Source of the DNA: Perna viridis
Lineage: Eukaryota
Direction: 5' to 3'
Length of the DNA: 64,000 nt
Assembly (NCBI GenBank): GCA_037379345.1
Contig: CM074514.1
Location: 19,778,001-19,842,000 of the forward strand
Shown piece after piece: positions 25,501 to 40,500 of this stretch (its first letter is position 1; every line of letters starts with the position of its first letter). The notes beneath the pieces were generated by a model that was given only the letters and a program-made list of their open reading frames with translations, was not told where the DNA came from and ran no database searches. The position numbers and the translations under genes are program-made.

Positions 25501-28500
25501 AAATAATGTCATTTGTAAAAGTTTATAAGCTGATTTGTAAATGAGGTAACTGCTTCAGTAAATATGTTAAAAAGTTTTTGCTTATAGAAATGAATCTAAT
25601 TAAGTGTTCTTAAATTGTTGGTTTTTCATACTAGGATTATTACTGTCAGGTACTTTAAACATGTCTGTAAAGACCATATATTCTATTTATATGTATGATT
25701 TCTCAGTAAATTAATCCATTTTTATCAGAATCAGCTTTGAAGAATACACTCGCATTAGTGAATTTTGTTTAACTGTGCATGTAATTTATTTCAGTATAAA
25801 CCCTTATCTTTTGAGCTTGAGCTGAAACATTATTTAGGTTCCAGACAGCCATATTGTGTCAGTCTTTTATTTTTTTGCCTTTTTTGACAGTCCCAATTTT
25901 TGAAGCCTTTAGTCCATGTTGACCCAGCCATTGTCCATAGGAGATGATAACAGTCATTTCTCTTCACTTTTTCTAGTCCATGTTGATATGATGAAATAAC
26001 TTATGATTGTTTTGTTTCAGCTTGTTGGATGAAGAAGTTATACTGAGGAACATTAAATCCAGATATGAAAGGGAACTCATATATGTAAGTTCTGGCTTGG
26101 TGGTCACAGGGCAGTGTGCTTATCTCATAGGTTCAATCTCCAGCCGAGTCATACCAAAAAACTTTTAAAATTTGGTAGCCACTGCTTCTCCGCTAAGCAG
26201 GCAGTATTTAGGGAAAAGAGTGATGACTGGATGGCTCAGAGTGTGTGGGGTGACATGCTTATCTGCTTGCTGTTGCTGCTGTGAGAAGTTATTCTTTATG
26301 GGGTATTAGTTTTCTCATTACTGGGCAAAGTATGTTGTTTGGGGGTTTCAGGATATACATGTGTATAAACATCATATCATATCATCTGTGGAATGTCAAT
26401 ATCATAAAAGATAATAAATGGTTTGATTAAACAACAAAACCGAAGATAGTATACCCCAAAAGAAATTGTGCATGTCTTATCAATGTTGTAGACATTTTTA
26501 ACAAATTCAGTAATACAATAGAGTGATTTATCTGTTGGGTTTGTTAAAACTTTGAATTTTGTATAGAACTGCCTACAGAAAAAAAAAAACGTTAGAAACA
26601 ACATACTTCTCAATGTATGGTTACTTATATTGGTTTGCATTCAATTTACCCATGTTCTCAATGTAGTGTTAATTTTGTGGAATAAGTTTTACAGTTTTGA
26701 AACTACTATGATACAGTATATGCTCATCAGACTGAAATCCTCCCCTTGAGACCGTCTTCAATATTACACTATCTCTGTTTTAAATGCATTATATCTTTGA
26801 TGGTTTGATGAAGCACACAAAATCAACAAAGTATGCAAAACATTTTATGTCTTAAGTTCAGGGTTTGACACTAACTTCATTTGTTTGGTGGTCAACAGGA
26901 CTACCTCAGAGGTAAAACAGGTAGTCCGCAGATGGTAATGACTGTTCTGTTCTTAGATCTTATGAAAAATAAGGCAAAAGTTAGATATCCCATAGGACTA
27001 CCATGAAAATTTTTCAAGTAGTCCTCTCCAAAATTAGGGTGGCACAGAATTACTGAACTACTGTTAGTATCAATCCCTTCTGTCTACAATTTTTTATCTT
27101 TGAGTGAACATCCAGATCATTGTCTCAGTGGTCAAATTTTGAAAATAAAGATTAAAGACCCATGGATGGCTTTGAGCTGACATTTTTCATCCCCCTGGGG
27201 TTCTTGTCTCTTTGTTATATTCAACATATCCATTCTTGTTGTATATATAAAAAAGACTATATCTCACGTGTTCAAACTGTCGATAAACAAGTCAGAAAGT
27301 AATTCTAATAAAGAAAAAAAAAATCAGCCATTTTGTGCTTGTAACTGACTTTAGTTTACATTACATTAATTTACCTATAAAATGTACAAAGTTGTTTTAA
27401 TACAAATCTTCATGCCAATGTTACATTAGTTTTTGTGTTAATATTTGTATTTTTAAGCTATTCTATGTTTTAATGGTAAACAGTTTATAAAGTTAGATGT
27501 TTGGTAACACATTAATATCCATTTTCTTTCTGACAACAACAGATGAAAATTTATGTTTTTTGTGTACTTTGTTCTTATAGTTCAAAATGCTATTGATGTT
27601 TTTTTTAAGGTGTCTGTTTATAGTAAGGTTAGGATGATGATGGTAATCTAAATCACCAAAACATAATATACAATAAGTTAGATATTACAGGTAGCTAAAG
27701 CAGATAATTGTATTTTCTTTTAATTTACCATTTCTATTTTTAGACATTTACTGGGAGTATTTTGGTGTCTGTCAACCCGTACAAGATGTTTAACATCTAT
27801 GGGCTGGATATGGTTAAGAAATATGAGGGACAAGCTCTTGGTGCTCTCCCACCGTAAGTAGTCGATTCTCAAGCTTGTTATTGTTATTCTTGAGTTTCGT
27901 CAAGCTTATTCAATTCTTCACGTTATTTGTCATCATGTGTTCTTGATTCTCCCGTCACTCTAATTACTCTTTTTTCAACTTTGTGATCGCAAGTTCAACA
28001 CGTATTTGATTCTCTGGCTTGTCACTATAACTTAGCCATAAGTACTCATTTCACAATCTTGTCACCGTAAGTACACCATAAGTACTTGATACTCATACTT
28101 GTTACCCTAAGTACACAATTTTCCAGCTAGTCAACATAAGTACACCATGAGTACACCATAGTACTTGATTATCAAGCTTGTCACTGTAAGTACACCTTGA
28201 GTGCAACATAATTTCTCTATTCTTAAGTTTGTCACGGTAAGAAATTAATTATTAAGCTTGTGTAGAGATGAGGAATGAAGAACTGTATAAGTCATATATC
28301 AAGGAGAAAAATCTGTCTGGATGTCATTGTAAAGAAAGAATCCTTATAGATGAATGCAACGGACAGCAATGTTTCCCGTAGGTTGTGAGTGCTGTTAATA
28401 TGTTTTGCTTAAACACACTCTTCTCCCTAATAATGAGAGCTAAGATTTTTGATTAGAATTTTCGGCTATGTATTTTAGGCTTATGATTTAATGAAATTTT

Positions 28501-31500
28501 ATGAAAGAAGTAAAGAAGGTCTACTTGTTTTATGGCCTTTATCTGTCATTACTTCAAAGAATACATAGAAGTTTGTAATGCTGATAAAACATCTCTATCA
28601 TTTGAACATTTCAGTTTAGTTACTTTTTCTCCAGGCCTTTGAAGTTATCTAGGGGTAATATCTGTTAAACTTAAATTCAACAATTCACTGTTAAAGAATG
28701 TTAAATTAAAAATTTATTACCCTTAAAAGTGATAAAAATCAAAAGTTTTCACTAGTTTACTAAAGATTTAATTAGTTTGAACTGTTTGTACCTTAGCTCT
28801 GTCTGTTACAATCTGTAAAATTGTTATTGAATTAGTGTTAGGTTTTAATGAAGTATTATGAGTATTTAAAATATAAAGTTACAGGTTTCGTAAAAATTTT
28901 ATTCTTTCTTATTCTTTGACTTGTAGTGGCATTCTCTCTTTTTTTTTTTTAAATAAAATTTAATTGTATTTTTGTTATATAAATTTCTTTATGTTCATTC
29001 AACATTCATATGTAAATCTAGGATCATTTTGTATGGTCACAAATAGTTTTCAACAATTTATAGTAGTTAACAGTGTGCCCTTCAATAGCTTTAATTATGC
29101 CCTTATCGTTTGGACACTATCCATCCCACTGTTCTATTTCACACCCAAGTTGTTCAGTTTGGCTTGATGAAATGAGTTTCTTGCAACATGGTTGATTTTA
29201 TGTCCACTGCAGAATTATAAATAAAAAAAGTGCAGCCATGGAAGACAAAAATGACAATTCAGTCTCAAGTTAAAAAAGAACCAGAACAAAAAAAAAACAA
29301 AGAAAACAACCTCTGTTTTGAAGGAAATTTAAAATTTTGTATTTCCTATGGTACTTGTTCTTAAGCTGTCTAGAAAGATTTTTGCCAGGATGTTTTACAC
29401 TTTAAAAAAAAAAATCATAATTAATGACCTAAATAAAACTGACTTCCCTGTCTCAAGACAAACTAATGTGGTGAGAGTAGATTCAGCAGATATTTAAAAA
29501 TATCATTCTAAATGCTAGGCAAAACTTAATTTCAAAGAAATGTACTGTAAAACTTCTCATTCTAAAATTAAAATTGGCTTCATGACTTTGCATTATGCAA
29601 ATCTTGTTTCATTAGTGTCAAAAATAGGGCAGGATTAAGGATGGTATGTAAGACAGATGATAGCTGCATAGAATTTTAAGTTCTGTAATCCATAAATCAA
29701 CTGACTGAAGCTTCTGTATGAAAATAAAAAAAAACAGCATTTGTTTTAAATAAGAATTGTTTTACTTATATATTTTCTACTATGACAGGGTGTACCTTCT
29801 CTTCATTGACGTTCTGATTTAAACTGCTCAGTACTGGTACTGTGAATTTTCTTTTATCCATGTGTATCAATTTTGTGGTTAATTGAAATTTCCTTAGTTC
29901 ATTGAAATTTTTGAATTTGTTTATTTCAGTAGAAAGTGTGCATTTATCAGAAACTTTTCATTTTGTTTGGAAATAGAATTGTTGTTTTGAGCAAACATGA
30001 TATTCACATTTATGGATGTTAAAATTTCTATTGCTATGCTTGTTATTGATTCCATTAATTTTTCTTTATCAGCATCATTCCTCTCCATGGTCCATGTTAC
30101 CTATATATGTAGAAATATGTGACCTCTTGTACATGTATTTAGTGTGTATAATATTTCTGACCCTTCAATCTTTCTTTTGGTGGACAACAGTGACCTGTTT
30201 CTCCAACAAGTCCTGGGCTTTATTTTTCACATTCCTTTGTATGTTTTCCCCACTATAAGATGTGCAGCATTATATGACTTTTGGCCTTTGGTAGTAAAAA
30301 CAACAGTTTGTGTTGACAAAGTTCCATTTGGTTTTCCTTTGTCAACACAAAATGACATTAACCAGATGTTGAATGTTTAGAAGCTAAGCAATGTCTTTCT
30401 CTGGATGTTTGTGTTGTGACAGTTCAATAGGTTTTTTATTAAGATTTACAATGGCCGAGATTATTAAAAGTGTTGTTTACTTTACACTGAAAATGGTTCT
30501 GCACAGCAACTGAAATATCGCAGCAACAAATATTCTGTTCTTGCCATTGAAGAATTTATTGTTTGATAAAATACAATCTTTTAAAATGTCAAAGTGACTG
30601 AAAAAGTGTTTTATACTTAGTGTTCAAACAACATAGGTATAAAACTGCATGTATTATAAAATATTTATTATTGTTAAGTAATTTATAGTCATTTATTCAT
30701 AACCTGTCTTGATATTATAGCATTAGGGTCTTTTATAACAAAACTTTTGTCACTTAATTTGTGGACTTTATAACAATTTTGTTATTTATTTATATGATTT
30801 TAAGATACATGTATTTAACTTGGATAACAGTTCATGGAGGAAAGAGAAAAAATTATTTACAGATTTAATAACTTTAAATTGGGTTGATATACAAACTTTA
30901 AATTGGGTTGATTACATATTTTAAAACAAATGAATTAAGTTTTTAGAAAATAAGAAACATCTAAGATGTTATATATTGATTTTCTGGTTTCTACTACAAG
31001 TTCAAAACACTGATCTCCCACATACTACTGACATTATAGTGCGAGGTTCATAGCAATTAAAAAAATTTACAGACCATATAATATAAACTATAGCTAATAA
31101 AACATGGACCTATAATCTAGAAACTTAAGTCTATATTTGGTTATTTTATGTTCTTTATTACTTACATCTATTTTCCTTATCTAGTCATTTTCCTTGGAAT
31201 ATATTCTTTTGATTTCTGCTTACTAACTCCAGATAACCAGGACATGATACTGCTTACTAACTCCAGATAACTGGGGCATGATACTGCTTACTAACTCCAG
31301 ATAACCGTGACATGATACTGCTTACTAACTCCAGATAACCGTGACATGATACTGCTTACTAACTCCAGATAACCGGGGCATGATACTGCTTACTAACTCC
31401 AGATAACTGTGACATGATACTGCTTACTAACTCCAGATGACCATGGCATGATATCATTCCAGTAGCGACAGTGAAAAAAGGTTTATCCCCAAACAAAGTT

Positions 31501-34500
31501 AGCAGCAACTACCACTTACCTTATACCGTAAATAATTGTTCCCATTGTTTCAGAATCAAGATTTCTAATGTTTTTGTTGTTAAGTTTGTTTTACTATATC
31601 TAATGTTACTCTTTTCCAAAATTCATTATTGCTGGTTTTTTCCAGACATTTGTTTGCCATTGGTAGTTCCTCTTATAGTAAGATGATAAAAGATCAAGAG
31701 AACCAGGTTCTTGTCATCAGGTAAGTCTTACAATTATGGATACTGGATAAACAGGAAAAATTACAATGTTTGTGGGATGAATTGGCCAAAAATTGACACA
31801 AATTGGTTGAGCCAAATTTGTCATGGGACAAGTTGACCAGACATTTGCTAAAAACATACAGAAAAAGTTGTGTTTTATGTTGGCATATTTACATTCTTAA
31901 TGAATAAAGCCTACTTAGAATAGTGATTGCTCTGTGAAATAATGGAAAAATGGAAAAGATACTTAAATTGTCATTCAAAGAAATATAGAAACATTGTTAA
32001 ATGATAATATAGATGTAATGTCTGAAGAAACTATCAGCTGTAGGACAACTATTACTGCCAGAGAACAATATTCTGAGTTTCAAGTCACATTGAAATTACA
32101 GCTAGTTCCTGTTTGATCGATTACTTGGTACCTTAGGTATTTCATTTATTGTTCATAAACATTGATAAAGTATTTTAGTCAACAATCAAATTAATCTTTT
32201 ATGTTATCATTGGAGATGATGATACAAATTTTATCTTTGAGTGGTCGCCATTTCCTGCTTCCAATTCAAGTACCCAGACAATCCAACTACTTTTAGCAAC
32301 ACAGTTGTGTAGATATCTTTGAAAACTACTGTATGGTTATCTGTGAAATAGTTCTGTCATTCAGACTTAATCTCTATTTTCTGTGAATTCAGTGCCACAA
32401 AGTCTGGTGTCCATCAGTCTATGGACATTTTATATCATCTTGTTATTCAGTTCTTTATGAAGATAATGGACTCATACAGATGTCAATTTGTCAATAAGTT
32501 TTTTTTAGGGTAGTTTCCAAATTTCACTTTTTATTGGAAAGACAGTTGAGTTGATGTTGTCTATGTTTCTATAAGATTATTTGGTTATTTATTACTTGAT
32601 CGGGTGGTATATTAGAATCACCTTGTCCTTCTTTCATCCTGTCCATCTGTCCGTCCTAATCTTGGCTCCAAATGGATGGATTTATTTTCAATTTGATGTG
32701 TGGTTTCAAATAGATGAGGCATTTGTTTTGAGTGATTTTGGTTGCTGTTTGATGTTAACTTGTAGGACCATGTATGCAACGTAATGCTTTTTAGGTCAGC
32801 ATGGAAATTTTTCGTTTTTACACTAGTTCAGTTATAAAAAAATGTTTAAAAGTACACTGTATTTGAATCATGATTTTTTTAGTACTTTCCTAAAATGCTG
32901 TATTAATTCATATAAGTATGTTTTTGAATTATTTAAATTTGTTTAAGAAATCCCTGAGGCAAAAATGTAAACTGATGTAAAATACCAGATAATGTAAATG
33001 ATTACAAATTACTCTGAATTACTTCAAGATCTGCAGGAAAAGGGGCATCTAGAAAATCTTTTAAGAAATAAGAAGTAAATCAGAGAGAAAAATCTAAAGT
33101 AAAACTTTACATTACTTGTGGTTCTACACATGTAGCAGTGCCCCCATTCTATGCCAATTAGTGGGCACAACCCCTTATGTGATACATAACTTAATTTAAT
33201 TGAGAACATGTTTTCATCATATTATAAACTTGAAGGTTTTCGATCAATTTATTTGAATCTCTTTTCATAAAAGTCTGACTAATGCCTTGATATTTGAAAG
33301 AAGGTTAAAACATAAAAGAAAACATTATTTGTCCTCCCATGGATTATCTTTGTCAGATAAGCCCTCAAAGACGTTGGTGGTCTGGTCTTGGTTATATCAA
33401 ATCTTTTTTATTTAATAAAACTCAATAAATAGAATTGTTCCATTGTCATGTTCCTTTTATTAATGTAACAATTGTAATTTGATTCAGTATGTGGTGCGTA
33501 GAACTACAATTTTTTGTAACAATTGCAAATTTTCTGCTGATATTGTGATCTTTTTTTGTGGTGGCTATTTAGTATTAAAGCATTGCAAAACCTTGTTTGA
33601 TAGACTGTAATGAGTTAGTCTGCCCTTTAAATTGATTTCCATATTAAATAAGTTATTTCAATGTCTAATGGCTCCAAAATGGTTAATCTTGAATTTATTT
33701 GGAATAATATAACCTTTTTACTGTGATTGTATGGCTTCTGATCTACATTGAAAGTATAAAGTATGGGGCGACAATTCCACACCATAGGAATTAGCAGAAA
33801 AACAAGGTTTCATTCATGTTGATGTGTTTGTTTGTGTTTGGTGATATCAAAACATTGGCAAAAGTCCAACATTTGAAAAGAAACATTTAAACTTTTCTTG
33901 GTCTTTATTATACAAAATGTTATCTATCTTTAGGATTAGCCATGAGACTGTCTTTGATTGACAAAAATGCCCAATTCATATCTTGTGTATTAATGACTTG
34001 TCCCAAAATAGGTGTAATCCTTTACCTTTGATGTTTTGTACTGGAACAAAACAATCAATAAATAAATTCTATTTATTTTCAATAAATATATTTTTACTCT
34101 AATATGCATTTATTTATTCAAAAAAAGTGTGTGAAAATGTAAAAACCTAAATAATCCTTAATTGCTTCATGTCAAAATTATCCAAAAGTTATGCTGTGTT
34201 TATATTATTGGTTTCAATTTTTCTTAAAAAAAAATCTAATAAGAAAATAAAAATATGTGTTGTTTGGTTATTTGTATAAAACAGTTTTGATGTTAAACTG
34301 AAGAAAGTCTGGTTCAGTTTTGACATGTAGAAGCTGTTTCATTGAAAACTGCTACAGGACAGATAAAAAGAACATTCTAACGCATATTGTAGTCGATATT
34401 TAACGGCTGTTCATGTAACCAACATTTTCTCTCCTGTATTACTGCAGTGCTTATTAAAAGTAGTTACAAAATATATCTTTTGTTGCTTAGTTCAGAATGT

Positions 34501-37500
34501 ATTCTGCAGTCAAAGCAGATATTTGGAAGCAAAATTTTCCAAGCAAGACACCTGTTTAAGTAATTTAAACCAATGTTTTAAAAAAAAAGTTTATTTGTCC
34601 CTAACATTACTAAAAGTTATGAATTCTTTTATATTTCCATTTAGTTTGAACCCCTAAAAGACAATAGATGTTAAATCTGATGTTTTATATTGTATCTTCA
34701 GTGGAGAGAGTGGATCGGGGAAGACAGAGGCTACCAAGTTGGTGATGCAGTATCTTGCTGCTGTTAATAAGAATGGTAACCAGCTCATCACAGAACAAAT
34801 CCTCGAGGCCAACCCATTGTTAGAATCCTTTGGTAACGCCAAGACAATACGCAATGACAATTCTAGTAGATTTGGCAAATACATTGAAGTCTTTTTTAAG
34901 AGGTAATGATTAAAAGGATAATGACTTGCTAGTATGGTTTTATGATATAAAATTCAGAATTTTTTTTCTGGGTACAAAATCTTTGTTTTAAGAATACAAT
35001 GTAAACAGAAATAATGTACTGGTATGTATTTTGTCTTCTCCATAGAAGTTTAATATTCCATTAGGTTAATGCTGATCAATTTTTAACAAGGTACTTTTTA
35101 CAGGTAATAGTAACAGAAGCCTATCAAATAAAGCAATTTTATGATATTCAGCTTTTTGGTTGTTCTGGGCTTTTTTTTTTTTGCCTCGTGAATTTCAAAA
35201 AGTCTTAATGACTGAACAACTGTTGTCTCTTTGACATACTCACCATATCCATCTCCTTATATTATGTTATAAATCACAATATGCCTGATGGTTGACAAAA
35301 CTCACTATATCATACTGAAAAAATGTATAGTAGAAAATAACATTGTTGAATATAACCACATGGACACTTATCCATATGTAAACAAAGCTTTCACATAAGA
35401 TTTACATTGTCATTGTATGTAATAATGGGACCACCTGAAATACTTAGATAGTCACTGAAAGAATAACAATAACAGAGATATAATTGTATAATGACAATGA
35501 GAGATTCTTATTGTTTATAATTACACTGTGAACTTGGTGCTTCATTATTTCTCAATAGAATGACACAACAATATTTCTTTTATGTACAAACTGTTTGTTT
35601 TAAACTTGTAGGAAATATTCAATTACCTGACTGGCTATGTTAACAAGAAGATCAAATATCATTTAAATAGGGGTATAAAATAGAGCTAAATTCTTTGGTA
35701 AGATCAGTGGAGATAACTGTCCTGTCAGAAAGTGTTATCCAATCTATTTACACAATGTACTTCTTATTGTAAACAGTTATAGACATCAATTGCTAAAAAT
35801 TGTTTTGAAATATTTCTTGATGCATTCACAAGACTAAAGTGAGGCTTCATGCTGAAATTGTGACATTTTTATTTCATTCCTTCAAATACTAGGGTATCTG
35901 TTAACATCTAATCAACTTCCTTTAGTAAGCAATCTAAATTTAAAATTTCCATCTCATATCAGAGGCCTGGTAAAGAGATCACAAGTATGATATATAAGTA
36001 CTGCACTCATTGGTGGATATCAAAGTACCTCTTGGTATGGGATATATCATTTGTATTCTGCATGCATAACCAATGTACTTTAGGAACAAGCGTGTCATTT
36101 CATTTAGTATGTCAAGTATGCTAGATGTTAAATTAACTTTCCCTGTGTGGGATGAGATAAGCCTCAGATGTTGATTTTAGTTTGACATTTGAAATTTGAA
36201 TTAAAAGAAGAAGATATTTTTAGGAATTGGTCTGTGACTAAATGTGTTTCCTTCATAAAAAATAAGGATCGACTTAAACTAGGGCATTGAATTTTTGCTA
36301 TGTTAGCGATGTTACAAGCATATATTAAAATCAGTATGCATTGTAGATTTCAGGTTTTTATAAAGGGATAGATGTCCTTAGATATTTTCTAATTGTATGG
36401 TTCCTAGACAATACTCTGGTAAATATCATATTGTTTAATGTTGAATCTTGTCCAAAATCCGTTTACTAATCACACAATATCTCTTTTTACAGTGGGTCAA
36501 TGGTAGGGGCAAGGACTTCAGAATATCTCCTTGAGAAGTCACGCATCGTTACTCAGGTTTGTATAAACTAGTTGCTCCACAGGACACAGCTTTACAATAG
36601 TTAAATCCTCGATCAATGATACAGTGTCATCGTTTATGTAAGATAAAAAAACAGGGCAATGATACGAAAAAGATATAAATAATACTTTATGTTTAAATGA
36701 GGTTGAGATATTCCAAAGATGTCAACATTTATACAAAACTAATAATCATAGGACAATAATACAAACAGTACCTGAACAGATACTTTAAAATTCCAACCAT
36801 ATAAAGAGCAAGGAGGCCCTCTTATAAAGATATTCCAGAAATGTTTTGTACTTCATGCAAATCCCTTTTGTACAAATTTCAGTGTTTAGGGGGAAATGCA
36901 AATTATTGATCTTTGAGATTAGATTTAATTTCAATTTAACTTACATTTTGCACAAATTGTAAATTCTAATTCTGCTTTTAAACAACTTACCTAAGGGTTG
37001 AATAAAAATTGAAAATATGATGAAACAAATTTGAACTGTGAATATTACACAGAAATCAACACTTTTCACCCAGTAGGATCATATAGATGTTGGTCGTGAT
37101 ACATTATGACATCCAGTAATATCTTTAGATTGTCAAATTTGGCAGGTAATATGAGAAATAATAATCACATATTGTTAAGAGCATAAATATAGCCTAAAAA
37201 ACATTTAAAGTCAACCATAGACCTATTTCAATTAGGTTTGGTTTTTATAACCATTGTAACTAATAGTTCTGTATGTTATCAATGGGATGTAAAATTTCTA
37301 AAATTTACATAGAACCAGGGATCTAGTTTTTCTCTACAATTAAAACAACATGGAAAATGTGACCTAAATCCATGTTTAAGTTGGAATATTTGTGTTTTCA
37401 TGATGACGAGAAAGTTTTTCTTATGTAAATCTTTGAAATGACCTTTAGAAAGTTGAAAAGCTGTCTGTAATAAGATATAAAAATAGATATTAAATATGGA

Positions 37501-40500
37501 TTGATAGGTAGGGACAGATTTTATGGGAGAAATTTTTGAAGGTTGATTTGCTTTCTGTTCATGTGGAAAAAAAGACATAACCAGTTACATCCTTCACAAG
37601 TTGTAGAACATTTTGTTAAAGTAAACATTTTACTTTTTCCTGTTGTGGTACGTCTGGGAAATCAATGGGGTTTACCTTCATTGGGAAAACAAACTTGATT
37701 ACATGATAAGTAATACTACTGAGTAGTAGTCTCTATTGAGAAAGTAAGCTATTTGGTTGTGTAGGACTGAAAAGGAAAAAAAAATTGAAAAAAAAGGATA
37801 TTTTGCGATTCATTTCTCTTCAATTTCATTAATATCAGGAATTGAAACATTCAAGATACTTTTATGCATTCATATTACTCATGTTCACCATCAGATATAT
37901 TAATTTTGTGAATGCGCTATCATATTAAACTGCTATTACCCACCAAATTTTAACTTAAAATTTCAAATTTTACAATATAATCTGGTCAGCCACTGTGTAT
38001 GAACCACTGTTATTTATTGTAATGTTGTAGTGAAGTCATAACTTACAGCATTAAAAAAAAATTTAGCAGTAAGTTCTACCTTTTCTGGTCCTATTTAAAG
38101 TGTTTATAGCCATTCTAACAGTTCATGGCTAAATTTTATGATCTTTGCGCATATAAGGCATTTACTTTTCATTGAACAAAACAGTATGTGGAAGTATTTT
38201 TCTTTTAATCATTTATTCAACAAAATTGAATTTACAAAAGTTGGTTAAAAAAGTTGAATTATTGATCACTGCCTCAGTGAACATTTTAACCTGAAGGTGT
38301 GAAGTTGGGAAGTGTTTATGACACAATGCCTGTGAAATTTGACCTAACTAATGGTCCTTTTAACTGATACTATCTGAACACATTCTATTTTATTGAATAT
38401 GTTATACAGTAAATACCATTAGTTTTACAATAAATGAATAATACAGTGAAATTCAGTTAAGATTGACTGTTGTATGATGAAAATCCAGTTCAGTATGTGT
38501 TTTTTCATGCACAATATGAGTTTAAAAATTGTTTTTATTAGAGGTTTTGTAATTTGCTCCAATAACAATCCAGCTGTAGTTATAAAAATTATTTTTTGAT
38601 TCTCATACAGTAAAATCATAATAGTAACCTGGGTAAATCTGATATCTTATACAGTCCCATCATATCAGTATCAATATTTTTTGAACCGATGGAAATGAAG
38701 CACCATGTAAAGATTTTGTTTACATTGTGAATTTAAATGCATATTTTTTATGTATGGCTGAATAAATCGATATGAACTTATAAAAATATAGCTGTTTAAT
38801 ACAAATGTTCTTGCTGGTACATTTGTAATTGATGAAAATTGTTAAATCTAATATATTTTAAGCCATCACAAGTATGTCAAAGTTTACAAATAACTGTTTT
38901 TTTCTGTATAAATACATTTTTAAGCTTGTTACTGATATTAGGCTTGCTAAGCAGTTAAAATACTCCATAGATAATTTCATTACTTCATCTGTCTTTTCAT
39001 GTTCTCATTCACACCATAAAAAAGTTCAACTTCTTTGATGTAATGCCATTTATGTGAAATTCATACTTCATTCTTATAAAAGTAGCATAAGTAAACTTGA
39101 TATTGCCAAATGACTACCAATATTCTTAAAAACTTGCTTTTGTTCAGGCTTTTAAGTTTTGATGTACAATTTATCTGCAACTTCATTGTTCTTCCTGCCT
39201 GATATCTTAGGCTATAAGATATTTGAAATTTTCAATGACAACATTATATCAAATTGAATGTGACGTTGTCAATGAACAGAATCACACCAGTTTTAAACAT
39301 CTTGACAGAACATAAAATCTTGCCATAGCATGCTGACAGTTATATTTTCCATCTCATCTTCAAAACTAAGAATTTTGTATGTACACACTCTGGTTGATTT
39401 TCTTTGTACAACTCTCTTTTGGTAAACTGCTGTCTGTCCTTTTACAAGTCACATGGTAACACAAACATGTTTTTTTTTTTTGGGGTGTGATTTTTAAAGT
39501 TTCCTTTCATTTTTCATGGTATTTTATATTTTTTTACTTCACATTTGTGAGACTATTACTAACTACAAAATGGGTGGACAGGTGTATTATGTGTTTTGGC
39601 ACAGATGTTTTGAAATCAGAAATAAAATCCAAGCACCTTGTTTTTTGTAGGCAACTGATGAGAGAAATTACCATGTGTTCTATGAAATGTTGGCTGGTAT
39701 GACAGATGAAGAAAGAAAAAAATATGGTCTACAGACAGCTCAAAAATACTTCTATCTTAACCAGGTACGTCCTCAGTTGGTGAAGTAGGTGGTGGCTGAG
39801 TATAGATCAAATACACTCACACGCATTTAATTTGAAAGGTTTAAAAGACTGTTGTACTACTTGCCCTTGTATAAGATAAGCAATATTACTTGAGAGAAAT
39901 ACACCTAAGCTACATCAGCGACAGGGTCATGACCATAAAATAAAGGTAAAATTCACCTTTACAAACTGAAGCTCAAGTTCTTCTGACTGAAACATTCATG
40001 ATTGGAGTGGCTCATGTTTCTTAAATAAAAACAAATAATTCCTAAGTTGAGTCCAAAATATGGTGAGTACATTCCCCTTTGGAAAAAATTTCCATAGGAT
40101 TTACCTTTAAAAAATCCTACAGATGTTGCTTTAAGTGCCGAACATCAAGTTTTTAATGATGTTTTGAGTTAAACTGTTTATTTTATTTTATTCTTTCAGG
40201 GAGGTAGTTGTGACATTTCAACACGAGATGATGCTGAGAACTATCGTGTGTTGACTGGTGCTTTTCATGTGTTGAACTTTGAAGGGAATGAGAAAGAAAC
40301 AATTAACAAGATTCTAGCTGCCGTTTTACATATTGGAAATATATATTTTAAAAGAGTGCATGACTCTTCCCATGATACTGTGTTGCTTGGCAACGATGCA
40401 GAGATCAAGTGGATATCACATTTATTACAATTGTCGGAGGACTGGCTGAAACAGGCTCTGACTAGTAAAGTCACTGTAAGTTTAACCATGTTTAAAAAAT

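Noticed and set aside
31216-31453. CRISPR-like appearance (constant ~28 bp plus variable block)
   Set aside because: The variable part is only ~5-6 nt and related between units, the context is a eukaryotic intron, and there are no cas genes. It is a minisatellite.
34654-34884. Minus-strand ORFs overlapping exons (also 40265..40528, 58937..59143, 63371..63559)
   Set aside because: Antisense shadows of myosin coding exons
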